DNA from: Squalus acanthias
Lineage: Eukaryota
Direction of reading: 5' to 3'
NCBI GenBank assembly: GCA_030390025.1
Contig: CM059443.1
Coordinates: 59,458,001 to 59,522,000, forward strand
Length of the DNA stretch: 64,000 nt
Shown here piece after piece: positions 1-11,679 of this stretch; the first letter of the stretch is position 1; each line of letters begins with the position of its first letter. Both the position numbers and the translations under genes were made by a program. Below the pieces are notes generated by a model. It saw only the letters and a list, made by a program, of their open reading frames with translations. It was not told where the DNA came from and did no database searches.

Positions 1-253
1 GGCCGTGCCTTCAGCTGCCTGGGCCCCAAGCTCTGGATTTCCCTCCCTAAACCTCTCCATCTTTCTACCTCTCTCTCCTCCTTTAAGATGCCCCTTAAAA
101 CCTACCTCTTTGACCAAGCTTTTGGTCATCTGTCCTGATATCTCCTTTTGTGGCTCGGTGTCAAAAATGTTTTTTATTGATCGTGCTCTTGTGAAGTGCG
201 TTGGGATGTTTTGCTAGATTAATGGCGCTATTTAAATGTAAGTTGTTGTTGTT
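1..253 (+). mobile_element. L2-clade LINE 3' end (partial, runs off window start)
   Basis: Same sequence as the L2 copy at 12195-12776: ...RAFSCLGPKLW.SLP...FK..LKTYLF coding end, GGCGCTATTTAAATGTAAG and a (TTG)n tail. Confidence 0.85.
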
Positions 254-729
254 GTGGTAGAAGGACAAGGGCAACAGGCGCATGGGAACAGCATCACCTC
301 CAGGTTCCCCTCCAAGCCCCGCACCATCCTGACCTGGACAGGACCCGAGCAGCTGAGTTTTGAACGAATTGGAGTTTATCGAAGGAGGGGGATGGGAGTC
401 ATGCTTGGAGGACTTTGGAGAAATCAAGCAATCTTGGTGATGGATAGAAAGTGCGGCTTGAAACTCAACTTTGGGTCCTACAGGATGCCAAGATATCACT
501 TGGCCCAATTTAGCCTGAGCGAGTAGCTGAGGAAAAGAAATAATCAGCGGCAAGGGAGTTGGAGTTTACGGCAGGGTGAAAATGAGGGCTTTGATTGTCC
601 TGATGTGCAGATGGATGAGATTTTAACTCCGCCATGACTTCATGTCAGTCAGGCAATCTGACAGCACAGAGCGGTCCAGCAAAATGATGGAGAAGCAGAG
701 TTGGATAATTCACACGGTGAATCACTTTT

Positions 730-890
730 GAAGCGCAGTAAGTGTTATCATTTCGGCAAACACGGCAGCCATTCTGCAGCAGCAACATCTCGGAATCGTA
801 ATGAGAAGATGACCACTTCATTTGCTTTGTGGTATTGGTTAAGGGAGGAATGTTGGCCAGGACACTGGGAAAACTTTGAACAGAGCCAAG
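730..890 (-). mobile_element. Old diverged Deu-domain SINE, split by the Harbinger element (continues at 3684-3740)
   Basis: TTGGCCAGGACAC..GAACAGAGCCAAG before the transposon resumes as GACTTTTAACATCCA..TTGGTTTAACGT after it, colinear with the younger SINE copies. Confidence 0.6.
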
Positions 891-1147
891 GGGGGAAAAA
901 ATTTGGGGGGATAAATTTGGTTGCTTTGCGCCGAGGGGGCGCTGACGGGGCATAAAGCAACTAGCGCCCGGACACGGCACCGCTAACGCCTCTTGCGAAA
1001 CTGATGGATCGCGGCCGGCACCCGGCAGGAGGAGGCCAGAGGAGGCAGGTGCTGGCAGGCGGCCCCCCAAAAAATGGCCGCCCAGCACCTGCCCTTTAAT
1101 TATCGCCGGGCGGCCATTTTTTGGGGGCCGCCTGCCAGTAGGAGAAG

Positions 1148-1882
1148 GGATTACATTTCCTTCCCCATCACCAGAGAGAAGCAGGACGAGCGTGCATGTG
1201 ACTTTGCCAGGATAGCGGGATTCCCCATGGTGCAGGGCGCCATTGACTGCACCCACGTCGCTTTGCGGGCACCTCATAACAATCCTGAGATCTTCCGTAA
1301 CCGCAACTTACTTAACGTGCAGTTGGTGTGCGACCATAGACAGCGAATCCTCAATGTCAATGCCCGCTATCCTGGCAGCAGCCACGATGCCTTCATCCTG
1401 CACCAGACCGGTGTGCCAGCACTCCTCCAGCCACCACGTCAAGCTCGCGGCTGGCTGCTCGGGGACAAGGGCTATCTGCTATCCACCTGGTTCAGGACTC
1501 CCCTCTGCAACCCCAACACTTCTGCCCAGCACCCATATAATGAGAGCCATGTCACCACCAGGAACATCATCGAGCAGACCATCGGGGTGCTAAAGCAATG
1601 GTTCCGCTGCCTTGACCGCTCGGGAGGAGCCCTCCAGTTCCCGAGCAGGTGTCCCATTTCATGGTGGTCTGCTGCATGCTCCACAACTTGGCCATCATGA
1701 GGGCCTTGCCACCAGGGATTGCGGGACCACCTCAGGAGGAGGAAGAGGGAGAGGAGAAGGAAGAGAAAGACGATGAGGATGAGGAGGAGAAACAGGAGCG
1801 AGGGTGGAGGCGGTCACTCAATCGGCCTTCCGGAAGGGCGGACTCGGTCCGTGACCGCCTCATCAGGCTGCGGTTTGATTGA
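1148..1882 (+). pseudogene. Harbinger (HARBI1-family, DDE_Tnp_4) transposase, 5'-truncated and frameshifted
   Basis: Motifs GFPMVQGAIDCTHV, LNVQLVCD, YPGSSHDAFIL, WLLGDKGY and RNIIEQTIGVLK (D-D-E triad). The KGxHS motif is missing after NRN. Frameshift near 1640 into CCMLHNLA...acidic tract...RDRLIRLRFD*. Confidence 0.92.
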
Positions 1883-2047
1883 ATTAAACCTCACATCTCC
1901 GTTGCTCACCACATCCCTACCATTCCATCCCTGTCGCAGGCCATTTCACAGCACAAAGCTGAAATGAGAGACACCACAAAAGAACCCAAACTGAATTAAT
2001 AAATTTATCAATAATCAGTGAACATATATTTACAACAAAAATATGAA

Positions 2048-3471
2048 CTATTCACCCTTGTTCAATCCCTTAGTGCCTCTCGTTACTGTGCCTTTGCCTA
2101 CTCTAGTGCTCCTATGAAGTGTTGGCCCAGTGGCTGCAGCACAGCTGGCGGAAGGCTGCTGAGTATCCATGTGGGAGACTTCAGGACGCCCTCGACCAGC
2201 TCTGGGCCTGGAAGGCCCGGCTGTAGACTGCACCACCTCAGCATGGGCGGCAGCAGTCTGTGCTGGCTGGATGACAGGCAGCGACAAGGACAATGGTGGA
2301 GTACCAGTGGTGGGAGCAGGAATGCTGCCATCCTGAGAGAGGACAACAGGTTCCTGCTCCACTGACCCACTGCCACTCCCCTGGGCAGCACCTCAGCATC
2401 CCTAGCAATCTGTTGGAGCACAGATTGCTGGCCTGCTGTGACACTGTGAAAGCCCCGGTGGATGTTGGTAGACCCAGCCATGATGGCAGCAGTCAGAGCT
2501 TGCATGGCATCAAGCTGAGACTGCATGAGAGCAGTCTGAGATTGGATGCCACCAAGCATAGACTGCATTACAGCACTAAGACGTTGCGTCGCTTCTGCCT
2601 GTGCTGCAATGGAAGCTGCCAGATCGCCCATCACATGCGACATCAGGTCTGGGTCGCCACGGTCTCTCTGGGAGTCCACCATCCTTTGCAGACTGGAAAT
2701 GATAGGCTCCATGGTGTGTGCAGAGCTTTGTGCAATGTTGGAGGCGGACTCCTCCATGTTCCTTATCATTGCCGAGAGGTTCTCGGGCACCCTTGCCATT
2801 GCATCTATCATCTCCGTGTGCATGCCCATCACCCTTCTTCTAAAGGCCTCCCCATCGAGGTCCTCATCTGAGTCCTGTGCAGCAAAACTCGCGTGCAAAC
2901 TCGCCCTCCGGGGAGCTGGCCCCTGAGCTACTCTTTTCCCCTGGCCTTGCTCTAGCCCACTCGGCCCCGGTGCCTCACCTTGTGCAGATCCCGCTACTAT
3001 ACTAGCCTCTAACGAACGCGTAGTGCCAGTATCTGAGCTGGTGCCTGCGGGTGAGACATGCAGTGACACATTGTGTTCTTCCTCCTCCTCTTCTCCCGCC
3101 TCGCTCTCTACGGTGCCCTGAGGGACAGGCTGCTCAGGTGCTTGCTGATTATCTGAAAGCATAAAGGCACAAGAGTCGGGTTAAGGTGAGGGGAGGGGGG
3201 CAGGAAGGGAGAAATGCATGCATACAGCATGATTAGCTGGAAAGTGCGAAATGCTTGTGGGGTGAGGAGGAAGTGGGATGTGAGAAGAAGGAGTAAGGAT
3301 GAACATACCGTTGTTGTCCCCAAGGGGGTCAATGTCGCCAGTGGCCACGGCGCCCACCACCTGGTGCCCAATAATCTGCAGCACTCTATTTTCCAGCGCA
3401 GACAGTGGTTGGATGTTGACTTGTCCCCCGTCTGTGCACTCCTACTCCCTCCTGTTGTGAGCCTCCTTGGC
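2048..3471 (-). pseudogene. Harbinger accessory Myb/SANT-type DNA-binding protein gene, C-terminal exons (3471-3309 and 3152-2048)
   Basis: Exon 3471-3309 reads AKEAHNRRE*ECTDGG...LSALENRVLQIIG, the post-Myb motif of this family, with one in-frame TAG. A GT-AG intron at 3308-3153 joins in frame (G|AT) to the 354-aa ORF. Probable frameshift near 2375 into the 2048-2362 frame (AGPSRPR...RSTR). Confidence 0.75.
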
Positions 3472-3797
3472 CTGCAAGAGAAAGGAAAGTGTGTGAGTGA
3501 GTGTGGAGCAATGTGTTTGGGTGATGTGCCTGCCGTAGTTGTATAGCTCTCATTGTGTGCAAGGTGTGAGATGTTGGTGTGAGTGTTGGTAGGTAGAGAT
3601 TGTTGGTGGGTGAGTGCTGGGGGCTAATTCACCAACTTTTCTAATTATACCGCCCATTCCTAGGCGATATGAATTTCTAGCCCAAGGACTTTTAACATCC
3701 ATCAGAAAAGGTAAACAGAAACTTGGTTTAACGTTAAGTAGAGAGTTTATTTACCAAATGGCTAATTCCTAATCTAACATAAGCAACACCTCATGAT

Positions 3798-3914
3798 CAA
3801 TGTTCCCTCTCATTTTTTTTGGCGCCATGCAGCCCCTTACATTGAAAAGCCGGCAAGCCAGCTGTGCGGGATCCCTTGAGCACTGTGCGGCCATGCAGCT
3901 TAACGGGAATGTTG
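3798..3914. mobile_element. Short hAT-type MITE
   Basis: Termini CAATGTTCCCTCT / TAACGGGAATGTTG, flanked by a degenerate 8-bp TSD CTCATGAT / CTCATTGA. Confidence 0.6.
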
Positions 3915-4039
3915 CTCATTGACACAATTTGCTGCCGCAATATTGTCTTATAAGCTATTTCTATAGGAGCTCCTTCATCTTCCTCCTTCCTGAGATAAAA
4001 GTTGGTGTTGGTTAGAATTTGCAGGTCAGTCAAATATTT

Positions 4040-4131
4040 GGGGATTAACTGTGACTTGAGTGGAAGATAAATCGGGTGAATGATCTGATCCCGCCAGTTT
4101 CTCGCTGGGCAGGGTTAGGTTAAAATGACCC
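4040..4131. mobile_element. Short degenerate Harbinger-type MITE
   Basis: GGGGATTAA...TTAAAATGACCC termini, similar to the MITE at 42598-42787. Confidence 0.45.
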
Positions 4132-4489
4132 TCTCGGTTTCCCTTTGGTTTCACACCGGGTGTGGCTTCACTAGAAGGTGGTTCAGCAAAAATGTCTGTC
4201 ACATTCCCCAATTCCCCAGAATGATTTTTTTCCCCCTTTGCCTGTCTATCTGCCACATGGGACCAAGCTGAAAAAAATTCAAGGAAAAGCAACACATTTC
4301 CATGCAGTGGGCCTGTTTTTTTTTTACAAATGCCGCTTATGAGAAGGCAGTGATATTGTTAGATTCACCGTTTGCCTTCAAATACGTTCGGCTGGAATCC
4401 ACTCAATGGAGACAGCGGGTAAGGAGTAAAGTGCTGGGTGAGAGGGTGGGAGTGGTGAACATTCTTTGGTAGGCCAATGTTTGGTACTA

Positions 4490-4870
4490 AGGGTACGATA
4501 ATGTAGTGGTTATGTTACTGGACGAGTAACCCAGAGAATTTGAGTTCAGGTCCCAAGACAGTATGAGAATTTCAATTCAGTTTACAAAAAATTAAACAGC
4601 TGGTATCAGTAAGAGTCACCATGAAGCTGTTGGATTGTCACAAAAACCCAACTGGGTCACTAATGTCTTTTAGGGAAGGAAACCTGCCGTCCTTACTCCA
4701 GTCCCACCCCAACCTGGCTGACTCTTAACAGCCCTCTGAAGTGGCCGAGCAAGGGCCTCAGTCACCAGCGGTTCAAGAAGACGGCCCACTACCACCTCCC
4801 CAGGGCAACTAAGGATGGGCTTTAAATGCCGGTCTTGCCAGCGACACCCACACCCCGAGAATGAATTTAG
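4490..4870 (+). mobile_element. tRNA-derived SINE, family B
   Basis: A-box-like TAGTGGTTATG and B-box-like GAGTTCAGGTCC; core ACTAATGTCTTTTAGGGAAGGAAACCTGCCGTCCTTAC; 3' tail shared with the LINE at 5050-5475. Confidence 0.75.
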
Positions 4871-5049
4871 GAAAAGGCGACGGTGCAGAATCCACATTGC
4901 TGTTATTGTCCCACTTTCTTCAGCCTTAGACTTGCGATTGAGATGGTTCCTTGGCCAGTTCAGAAACTGAAATTCACCAGGTTTACCCTGAAAAATGGGC
5001 ATCAGATAAGTTTTGTTATTTGACTGAAAATAATAACATAAAACCTCAA

Positions 5050-5475
5050 TATTGGCCCCCCATCCACCACCTTAAACAGTCACTCCCTCCACCACCGGCG
5101 TACCGTGGCTGCAGTGTGTACCATCTACAAGATGCACTGCAGCAACTTGCCAAGGCTTCTTCGGCAGCACCTCCCAAACCCGCGACCTCTTCCACCTAGA
5201 AGGACAAGGGCAGCAGACGCATGGGAACACCACCACCTCCAAGTTCCCCTCCAAGTCACACACCATCCTGACTTAGAAGTATATCGCCGATCCTTCATCG
5301 TCGCTGGGTCAAAATCCTGGAACTCCCTCCCGAACAGCACCGTGGGAGCACCTTCACCACACGGACTGCAGCGGTTGAAGAAGGCAGCTCACCACCACCT
5401 TCTCAAGGGCAATTAGGGATGGGCAATAAATGCTGGCCTTGCCAGCGACGCCCACATCCCATACAGGAATTAAAT
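5050..5475 (+). mobile_element. CR1-group LINE family B, 3' end
   Basis: ORF2 C-terminus HSLHHRRTVAAVCTIYKMH...SWNSLP...AHHHLLKGN*, then GGGCAATAAATGCTGGCC tail. Confidence 0.85.
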
Positions 5476-5552
5476 AAAATACAAATAAGAACTGAATGCA
5501 CAATTTAACAATGGGGACTGAATATGTATATATTTTATATTATGTATCTATT

Positions 5553-7092
5553 GACCCAGATTTTGCTGGAGTGGGGCATCTCACAGTGTGGCCCGTTAGT
5601 TCAACTTGTTGATGCATGTTTATTTTTTGCCCCCAAAGTTGCTGGAAGTGCGAGTTGGTAACGAGGGCAACAGGGCATCTGGGACCTTGGCGAGCAATGG
5701 GGCAAGCAGTGTACCTCCTTCACCACTGAGATTAATGGACTGAGAAATGGACTGGTTGGGCCGAATGGCCTGTTTCTGTGCCGTATATCTGTGTAATCCT
5801 ATGATATAAACAGCGGAAAGACTGAGAAGGAGGGCGAATTCAATGTCAGAAGAAAGAGTGGGAAAGAAGGATTGGATTAAGAGAGAGAGAAAAAAAGCGA
5901 CTAAAAAGGAAAAGTAAGAAAAAGAAGTAAAAATTTAAAGTTTGATTTTTAAAAATCACCTCAAACAACTCACAACCTGAACGAATGAGACGCCATCATT
6001 TATACTTATCTACTTTCTGGGTAAGAGAGGTTGATTGGCAGCCATTAACAATTGTCACATCGTTAAAAGGGTACTTCCACTATTAATTGGGAAATGCTGA
6101 TGTACAAAGGGACCTGGGTGTCCTTGTACACCAGTCACTGAAAGCAAACATACAGGTGCAGCAAGCAGTTAGGAAGGCAAATGGCATGTTGGCCTTCATT
6201 ACAAGAGGATTTGAGTGCAGGAGCAAGGATGTCTTACTACAGTTATACAGGGCCTTGGTGAGACCACACTTGGAGTACTGTGTGCAGTTTTGGTCTCCTT
6301 ACTAAGAAAGGATATACTTGCCATAGAGGGAGTGCAGCGAAGGTTCAGCAGACTGATTCCTGGGATGGCAGGACTGTCGTATGAGGAGAGATTGGGTCGA
6401 CTAGGCCTGTATTCACTAGAGTTTAGAAGAATGAGAGGGGATCTCATTGAAACGTATAAAATTCTGACAGGGCTAGATAGGCTGGATGCAAGGAGGATGT
6501 TTCCCCTGGCTGGGGGGGGGGTGTCTAGAACGAGGGGTCACAGTCTCAGGATACGGGGTAGGACATTTAGGACTGAGATGAGGATAAATTTCTTCACTCA
6601 GAGGGTGGTGAACCTGTGGAATTCTCTACCACAGAAGGCTGTGGAGGCCAAGTCACTGAATATATTTAAGAAGGAGATAGATAGATTTCTAGACACAAAA
6701 GGCATCAAGGGGTATGGGGGGAGAGCGGGAATATGGTATTGAGATAGAGGATCAGCCATGATCATATTGAATGGCAGAGCAGGCTCGAAGGGCCGAATGG
6801 CCTACTCCTGCTCCTATTTTTCTATGTTTCTGTGTAATTACTAAACTTAACTTTCAGCGGCGCGTTTAATGGGCAGTTAATATGAAAAATGCAGCAACTT
6901 CATGAAACTCACGGGGTGGTTAAGCACGAGATCCCGTTTGCGCGAAGCTAACGGCGGAGTGGCGCGAATCGGCCAGCAGCTCTCGGCGATTCGCAATTCA
7001 CGGGGTATCTCTGCCTCGCCACAAGTTGCTGGACGATTTGCACATTAATACCGTCGTTCAGACGCCGCTCTCTGTTCAGCCAAATCTGACTC
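5553..7092. mobile_element. Non-autonomous Harbinger-type element with nested CR1 insertions
   Basis: Termini GACCCAGATTT / AAATCTGACTC; TSD ATT at 5550-5552 and 7093-7095. Confidence 0.65.
6087..6832 (+). mobile_element. CR1 LINE family A, 5'-truncated
   Basis: QRDLGVLV, LYRALVRPHLEYCVQFWSP, RRMRGDLIETYKI, FFTQRVVNLWNSLP; tail GGCCGAATGGCCTACTCCTGCTCCTAT. Confidence 0.95.
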
Positions 7093-7217
7093 ATTGTATT
7101 ATTAAACATTTGACACCAGCGCACCCTGATCCAATTACTGCCGCTCTCTCACCCTGCCTTACCTGAGGTCTACACTTGGTCTTGACTACTTGTGCGCCAC
7201 GACACAGGAGAATGACT

Positions 7218-7699
7218 AAAAAGAAAAAAAGAAAGGCTCGCATTTATACAGCGCCTTTCTCGACCACCGGATGTCCCAAAACGCTTTACAGTCAATGAAG
7301 TACTTTTTGAAGTGTAGTCACTGTTGTAATGTAGGAAACGTGGCAGCCAATTTGCGCACAGCAAGCTCCCACAAACAGCAATGTGATAATGACCAGATCA
7401 TCTGTTTTTGTTCTATTGATTGAGGGATAAATATTGGCCCAGGACACCGGGCGATAACTCCCCCTGCTCTTTTTCGAAATAGTGCCTTGGGATCTTTTAC
7501 GTCCACCTGAGAGAGCAGACGGGGCCTCGGTTTAGGGTCTCATCCGAAAGACAGCACCTCCGACAGTGCAGCGCTCCCTCAGCACTGCACTGGGAGCGTC
7601 AGCCTAGCTTCATGTGCTCAAATCCCGGGAGTGGGACTATGAACCCACAATCTTCCGACTCAGAGGCGAGCGTGCTACCCACTGAGCCACGGCTGACAC
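7218..7699 (-). mobile_element. SacSINE1-like Deu-domain tRNA SINE (full length)
   Basis: Minus-strand head TGGCTCAGTGGG (A box) and GGTTCATAGTCC (B box), Deu core CTTTCGGATGAG...AAAGATCCC, L2-like tail. Confidence 0.9.
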
Positions 7700-8566
7700 T
7701 TCGTACAGCTGGCGAGCAGATCGACAAAGTCATCGGAGCCCGAGCTGCATATTTAAAGAAGGACACTGTCGGCTTTGGGCAGACGGTTTAGCCACCGGTC
7801 CAGAAGCCAGTATCAAAATTGTGGTCGCCTCGATCTGGGCGGTTCGATGGCGGGTAAGTAACCCGGGCGATTGGAATTGCCCACCGGCCCGCTTTCCGCT
7901 GGGTGGGTCGGGTTAAAATCAGCCCCCGACGATTCTAACTCACCGAAAGGATAACAGAGTTATAGGAGAAGTTACGAGGCAAGATCAGTGAAGCACGTAT
8001 TGCACATATCAGATCTATTCCTGGAAAGAGAGAAGGGATTGAGGGAAATGGTAACAAAGTGAATAAATGTGACTGATATATACGTTGGGGGGGGGCGGGG
8101 AGGGAGGCGGAGGAAAAATAATGACTTTTTTTATCTTCTAAAAAAAATTCTATTCCATGCAATCAGGTACAAACACATCCTGTTATCTGGAATCACAGCT
8201 GAGTGCTGTATACTTCAGCCAATGCCTGTGCAAATGGCATGTTAAAAGGCTTTGGGCTTTGATGGGCTTGGTATAAGCAGAGAAAATTAACACCCTAATA
8301 GACCTCTGGACGTTTTTAACATCAGCTGCTACTTACAAAAAACACTCTAAAGATTAATTATCGCTATTTGCTTTTCGAATGTTGCCCATGGATTACATTC
8401 AATTACACTGGAGCGGCACACAGAGTGAGCGATTGTTCTACTGCGGCAGAGGATCTGCCTGTCGGTTTGCGTGTTGGTGCCTCAGTGCAATTCCGACCAA
8501 CACGAATGAAGCACAAGCGACTAACTGGAGGAAGGTGATTGCAAAGCCGAATAAGATCTCATGACA

Positions 8567-9445
8567 TCGTATTTACAGCACAGAAACAAGCCATTCAGCC
8601 CGAGTGGTGTTTATGCTCCACACGAGCCTCCTCTGGCCCGACTTCATCTGACATAGAAACATAGAAGATAGGAGCAGGAGTAGGCCATTCGGCCCCTCAT
8701 TCAATGAGATCATGGCTGATCATCCAAACTCAGTACCCTGTACCTGCCTTCTCCCCATATCCCTTGATACCTTTAGCTTTAAGAAATATATCTAACTCAT
8801 TCTTGAATATATTTAATGACTTGGCCTCAACTACCTTCTGTGGTAGAGAATTCCACAGGTTCACCACTCTCTGGGTGAAGAAATTCTTCCTCATTTCTGT
8901 CCGAAATGGCTTACCCCTTATCCTTAGATTATGACCCCTGGTTCTGGACTCCGACCATCGGGAACATTCTTCCTGCATCTAGTTTGTCCAGACCTGTCAG
9001 AATTTTATATGTTTCGATGAGATCCCCTCTCATTCTTCTATACTCCAGCGAGTATAAGTCCAATAAGCCCAATCGACCCAATCTCTCCTCATATGTCATT
9101 CCTGCCATCCCAGGTATCAGCCTTGTGAATACCCCATCAGCATATCCTTCAATTCTTTTCTCCCTCATGTACTTACTCCACTTCCCCTTAAATGCATCCA
9201 CGCTATTCGCCTCAACCACTCCCTGTGGTAGCGAGTTCCACATTCTCACCACTCTCTGGGTAAAGAAGTTTCTCCTGAATTATTTATTGGCTTGATTAGT
9301 GACTCTCTTATATGTATTTCGCTTAGTTTTGGACACAAGTGGGAACATCTTCTCCATGTCTATCCTATCAAACTCCTTCATAATTTCAAAGACCTCTATC
9401 GGGTCACCGAGAAAAGAGCCCCAGCCTGTTCAGTTTTTCCTGACT
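8567..9445 (-). mobile_element. CR1 family C fragment interrupted by a CR1 family A copy (8651-9129)
   Basis: Two nested CR1 3' ends with WNSLP and RRMRGDLIE motifs; the outer element resumes at 9130. Confidence 0.85.
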
Positions 9446-9767
9446 AATCAGGTTATCTTTATGATTAGTAATACTCGCTGTGCTGAGTATTATGATTTAA
9501 TTTTGACAACAAAAAAAAACCGGAACAAGCAACAGTGTGACACAGGGAGTGGGACTAATTGGATAACTCTTTCAAAGAGCCAACTGTGCTGCCGCATCCT
9601 AAGATTCTAGGGTGTGGAACTTATGCAGTCAAACGACTCCTAATATTTGTACAATACCTGCATTGAAACGCTTCACAATGCATCTCTTCACTTGTTCTTT
9701 GCAAGTTCTTCATTTTTGAAGGATGCCCATTCAAAATGAGCTATTTGGGCAAATTACAGTTGCTTGA

Positions 9768-10535
9768 TGTAAGCCTTTCTCTTACTATTGTTTGGACCTC
9801 GAGAATTACGAATAAGCGTAACAATGACAGATAAGTATGTGATCAATAAAATTGGTCTTTATTCCACTACAGTTCAAAATTCAAGTGTACATAGAAGCAT
9901 TCTCTCGCAATCAATATGCTTCCAATTTACCGCACATAAAAGTACCTCCCCAGCAACTTATCCCAAGTCAACCGTACATAAAAGTACCCTTTAACAATAT
10001 CTAAGCTCTATGTCCGACTTTTATACATACTCCTTTATCTTTGGGTGATCGGTCCAGAAAAGTTGTAAGCTGCAAACATAGACTGGCCAGCTTTCTTTGT
10101 TCGTCCGTTCTTCATTTTTCTTTCTTCTTTCTGAACTTCCCGCCTCTGTGTTGCTTCTTTTAGAGGGCCTTTCTGCCGGCCTCCCATGTATATCACCATC
10201 TGCCTTCCTCTGATAGGTCAGTTTCACTCCAAACCTTCCCTGATTGGAGTTCCTTCTGCATGACACGTTCATGTTCCTGTGATGTGTGTGGGGGCGGGAC
10301 TTCCTCTTCACCCAGTGTTTCTCCTTCCTGTCCATGTGGTCTCACAAACAAAGGACCACATGCTGACCACCAGGCAAAGGAGCCCCTGCTGACTTCCGCC
10401 ATTTTGTGTCTTCACAAACAAAGAACACATGCTGACTTCCTACATTTTGAGTATTCCATGACCATTTTACAATTCATTCTGAACTTCGATCTCCAAAAGT
10501 AGCAGCGGCTTTATTACGGATTTTAGAATCTTACA
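9768..10535 (-). mobile_element. Solo LTR (768 bp) of an LTR retroelement
   Basis: TGTAAG...CTTACA inverted termini; perfect 5-bp TSD CTTGA at 9763-9767 and 10536-10540; minus-strand TATAAAA at 10025-10019 and AATAAA at 9863-9858. Confidence 0.85.
10019..10440 (-). promoter_or_regulatory. LTR U3 enhancer/promoter
   Basis: TATA box; GC box plus ETS core (GGGGCGGGACTTCC, 10291-10304); ETS plus YY1 motif (ACTTCCGCCATTTT, 10392-10405); duplicated TCACAAACAAAG..CACATGCTGAC modules at 10342-10367 and 10412-10436. Confidence 0.6.
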
Positions 10536-10707
10536 CTTGATGATCACACGTATCCAATCCAACTACTGTCAATTGTTTCAACAGATTTATTTATATATTC
10601 TCGTAGGAACATAGGATGAGGAATGTGCCATTCGAGCCTGCTCCGCCATTCAATTAGATCATGGCTGATATACCTCAACTCCATTTACCTGCCTCAGTTC
10701 CCGTCCA

Positions 10708-11063
10708 CAGCAGCCAATTTGCGCACAGCAAGGTCCCACAAACAGCATTGTAATAATGACCAGATCATCTGTTTTGAGATGTGGGTTGAGGGATAATATT
10801 GGCCAGGACACCAGGAAGGACTCCCCCAGCTCTTCTTCGAATAGTGCCATGGCATGTTTTACGTCCACCCAAGGGGGCAGATGGCACCTTGGTCGGTTTA
10901 AGGTCTAATCTGAAAGACGGCACCTCTGACAGTGCGGCACTCCCTCAGTACTGCACTGGAGTATCAGCCTAGATTTTTGTGCTCAAGTCTCTTGGAGTGG
11001 GACTTGAACCCACAACATTCTGTCTTCAGAGGCGAGGGTGCTACCCACTGAGCCATGTCTGAC
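10708..11063 (-). mobile_element. SacSINE1-like SINE (3'-truncated), preceded by a CR1 tail at about 10605-10700
   Basis: Deu core and tRNA head colinear with 7218-7699. Confidence 0.85.
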
Positions 11064-11157
11064 TAGTGCCAATTAGACTTGAGGCATCGCATCTACATAC
11101 CAAGAATCTGTCACTGCTAGATTAGACAGAGTGGGTGATCAGTTGGAAAGAATCTTT

Positions 11158-11480
11158 GGGGTTAATTTTAAACTGCCCACCCAGCGGCAAATAGTATAGA
11201 CAGGGTATAAGATGGTGTGGAGTGCGGGGGTTTATTTGGTCACGTTCCTGATGCATTGCCATCCCCGCCATCTGTGCTTGCCTTAATTCTGGCACGGGAG
11301 GGCCCCCTCAGCAGGTGGGGGCCTAATTTACATTGAAGCGTCACGGCTTGATGACATCATCGGCGCCGTGATGGAATTTTAACTTCTGGATTCGGGAGGT
11401 CCGCGTGGGGCCAACTGCGATGGCCGTCCCGCGGCGGGAGTCGTGGAGTGTCCTGAAGAGGCCAAGGCTCGTGTAAGAAT
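11158..11480. mobile_element. Truncated Harbinger-type MITE
   Basis: Begins GGGGTTAATTTTAA; GC-rich interior with TGATGACATCA motif like the other MITEs; second TIR not seen. Confidence 0.45.
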
Positions 11481-11679
11481 TACTTTTCCGTCGACTGGCT
11501 TTCCTTTTTTTGACGCTTTAAGTAGAACTGTCTGAAATGTGGCATATGCTAGACACCAGATTTTCATAGAGCGTACATCTCTATATGTAAAATTCCTCTA
11601 CCCTTGGCAAAACAGTTTGTTTTAACAGTAATTTGCTTGCAAGCTTGTTGCTTTTGAGTTATAGATTTCTTACACTTGT

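Larger units (their letters stand above)
891..3683. mobile_element. PIF/Harbinger DNA transposon, internally deleted two-gene remnant
   Basis: Imperfect TIRs GGGGGAAAAAATTT / AATTTCTAGCCC; 3-bp TSD AAG at 888-890 and 3684-3686; contains convergent transposase and partner ORFs. Confidence 0.85.

Noticed and set aside
1074-1882. Domesticated host HARBI1 gene
   Set aside because: It lies within TIRs and a TSD, lacks the N-terminus, has a motif deletion and a frameshift: a transposon pseudogene.
3797-4295. Two protein-like minus-strand ORFs
   Set aside because: Each runs through a MITE (3798-3914, 4040-4131), so the frames are composite.
9610-10502. ORFs and a stop-interrupted reading frame near 10 kb
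   Set aside because: They lie in or cross the boundary of the solo LTR; no recognisable domain.
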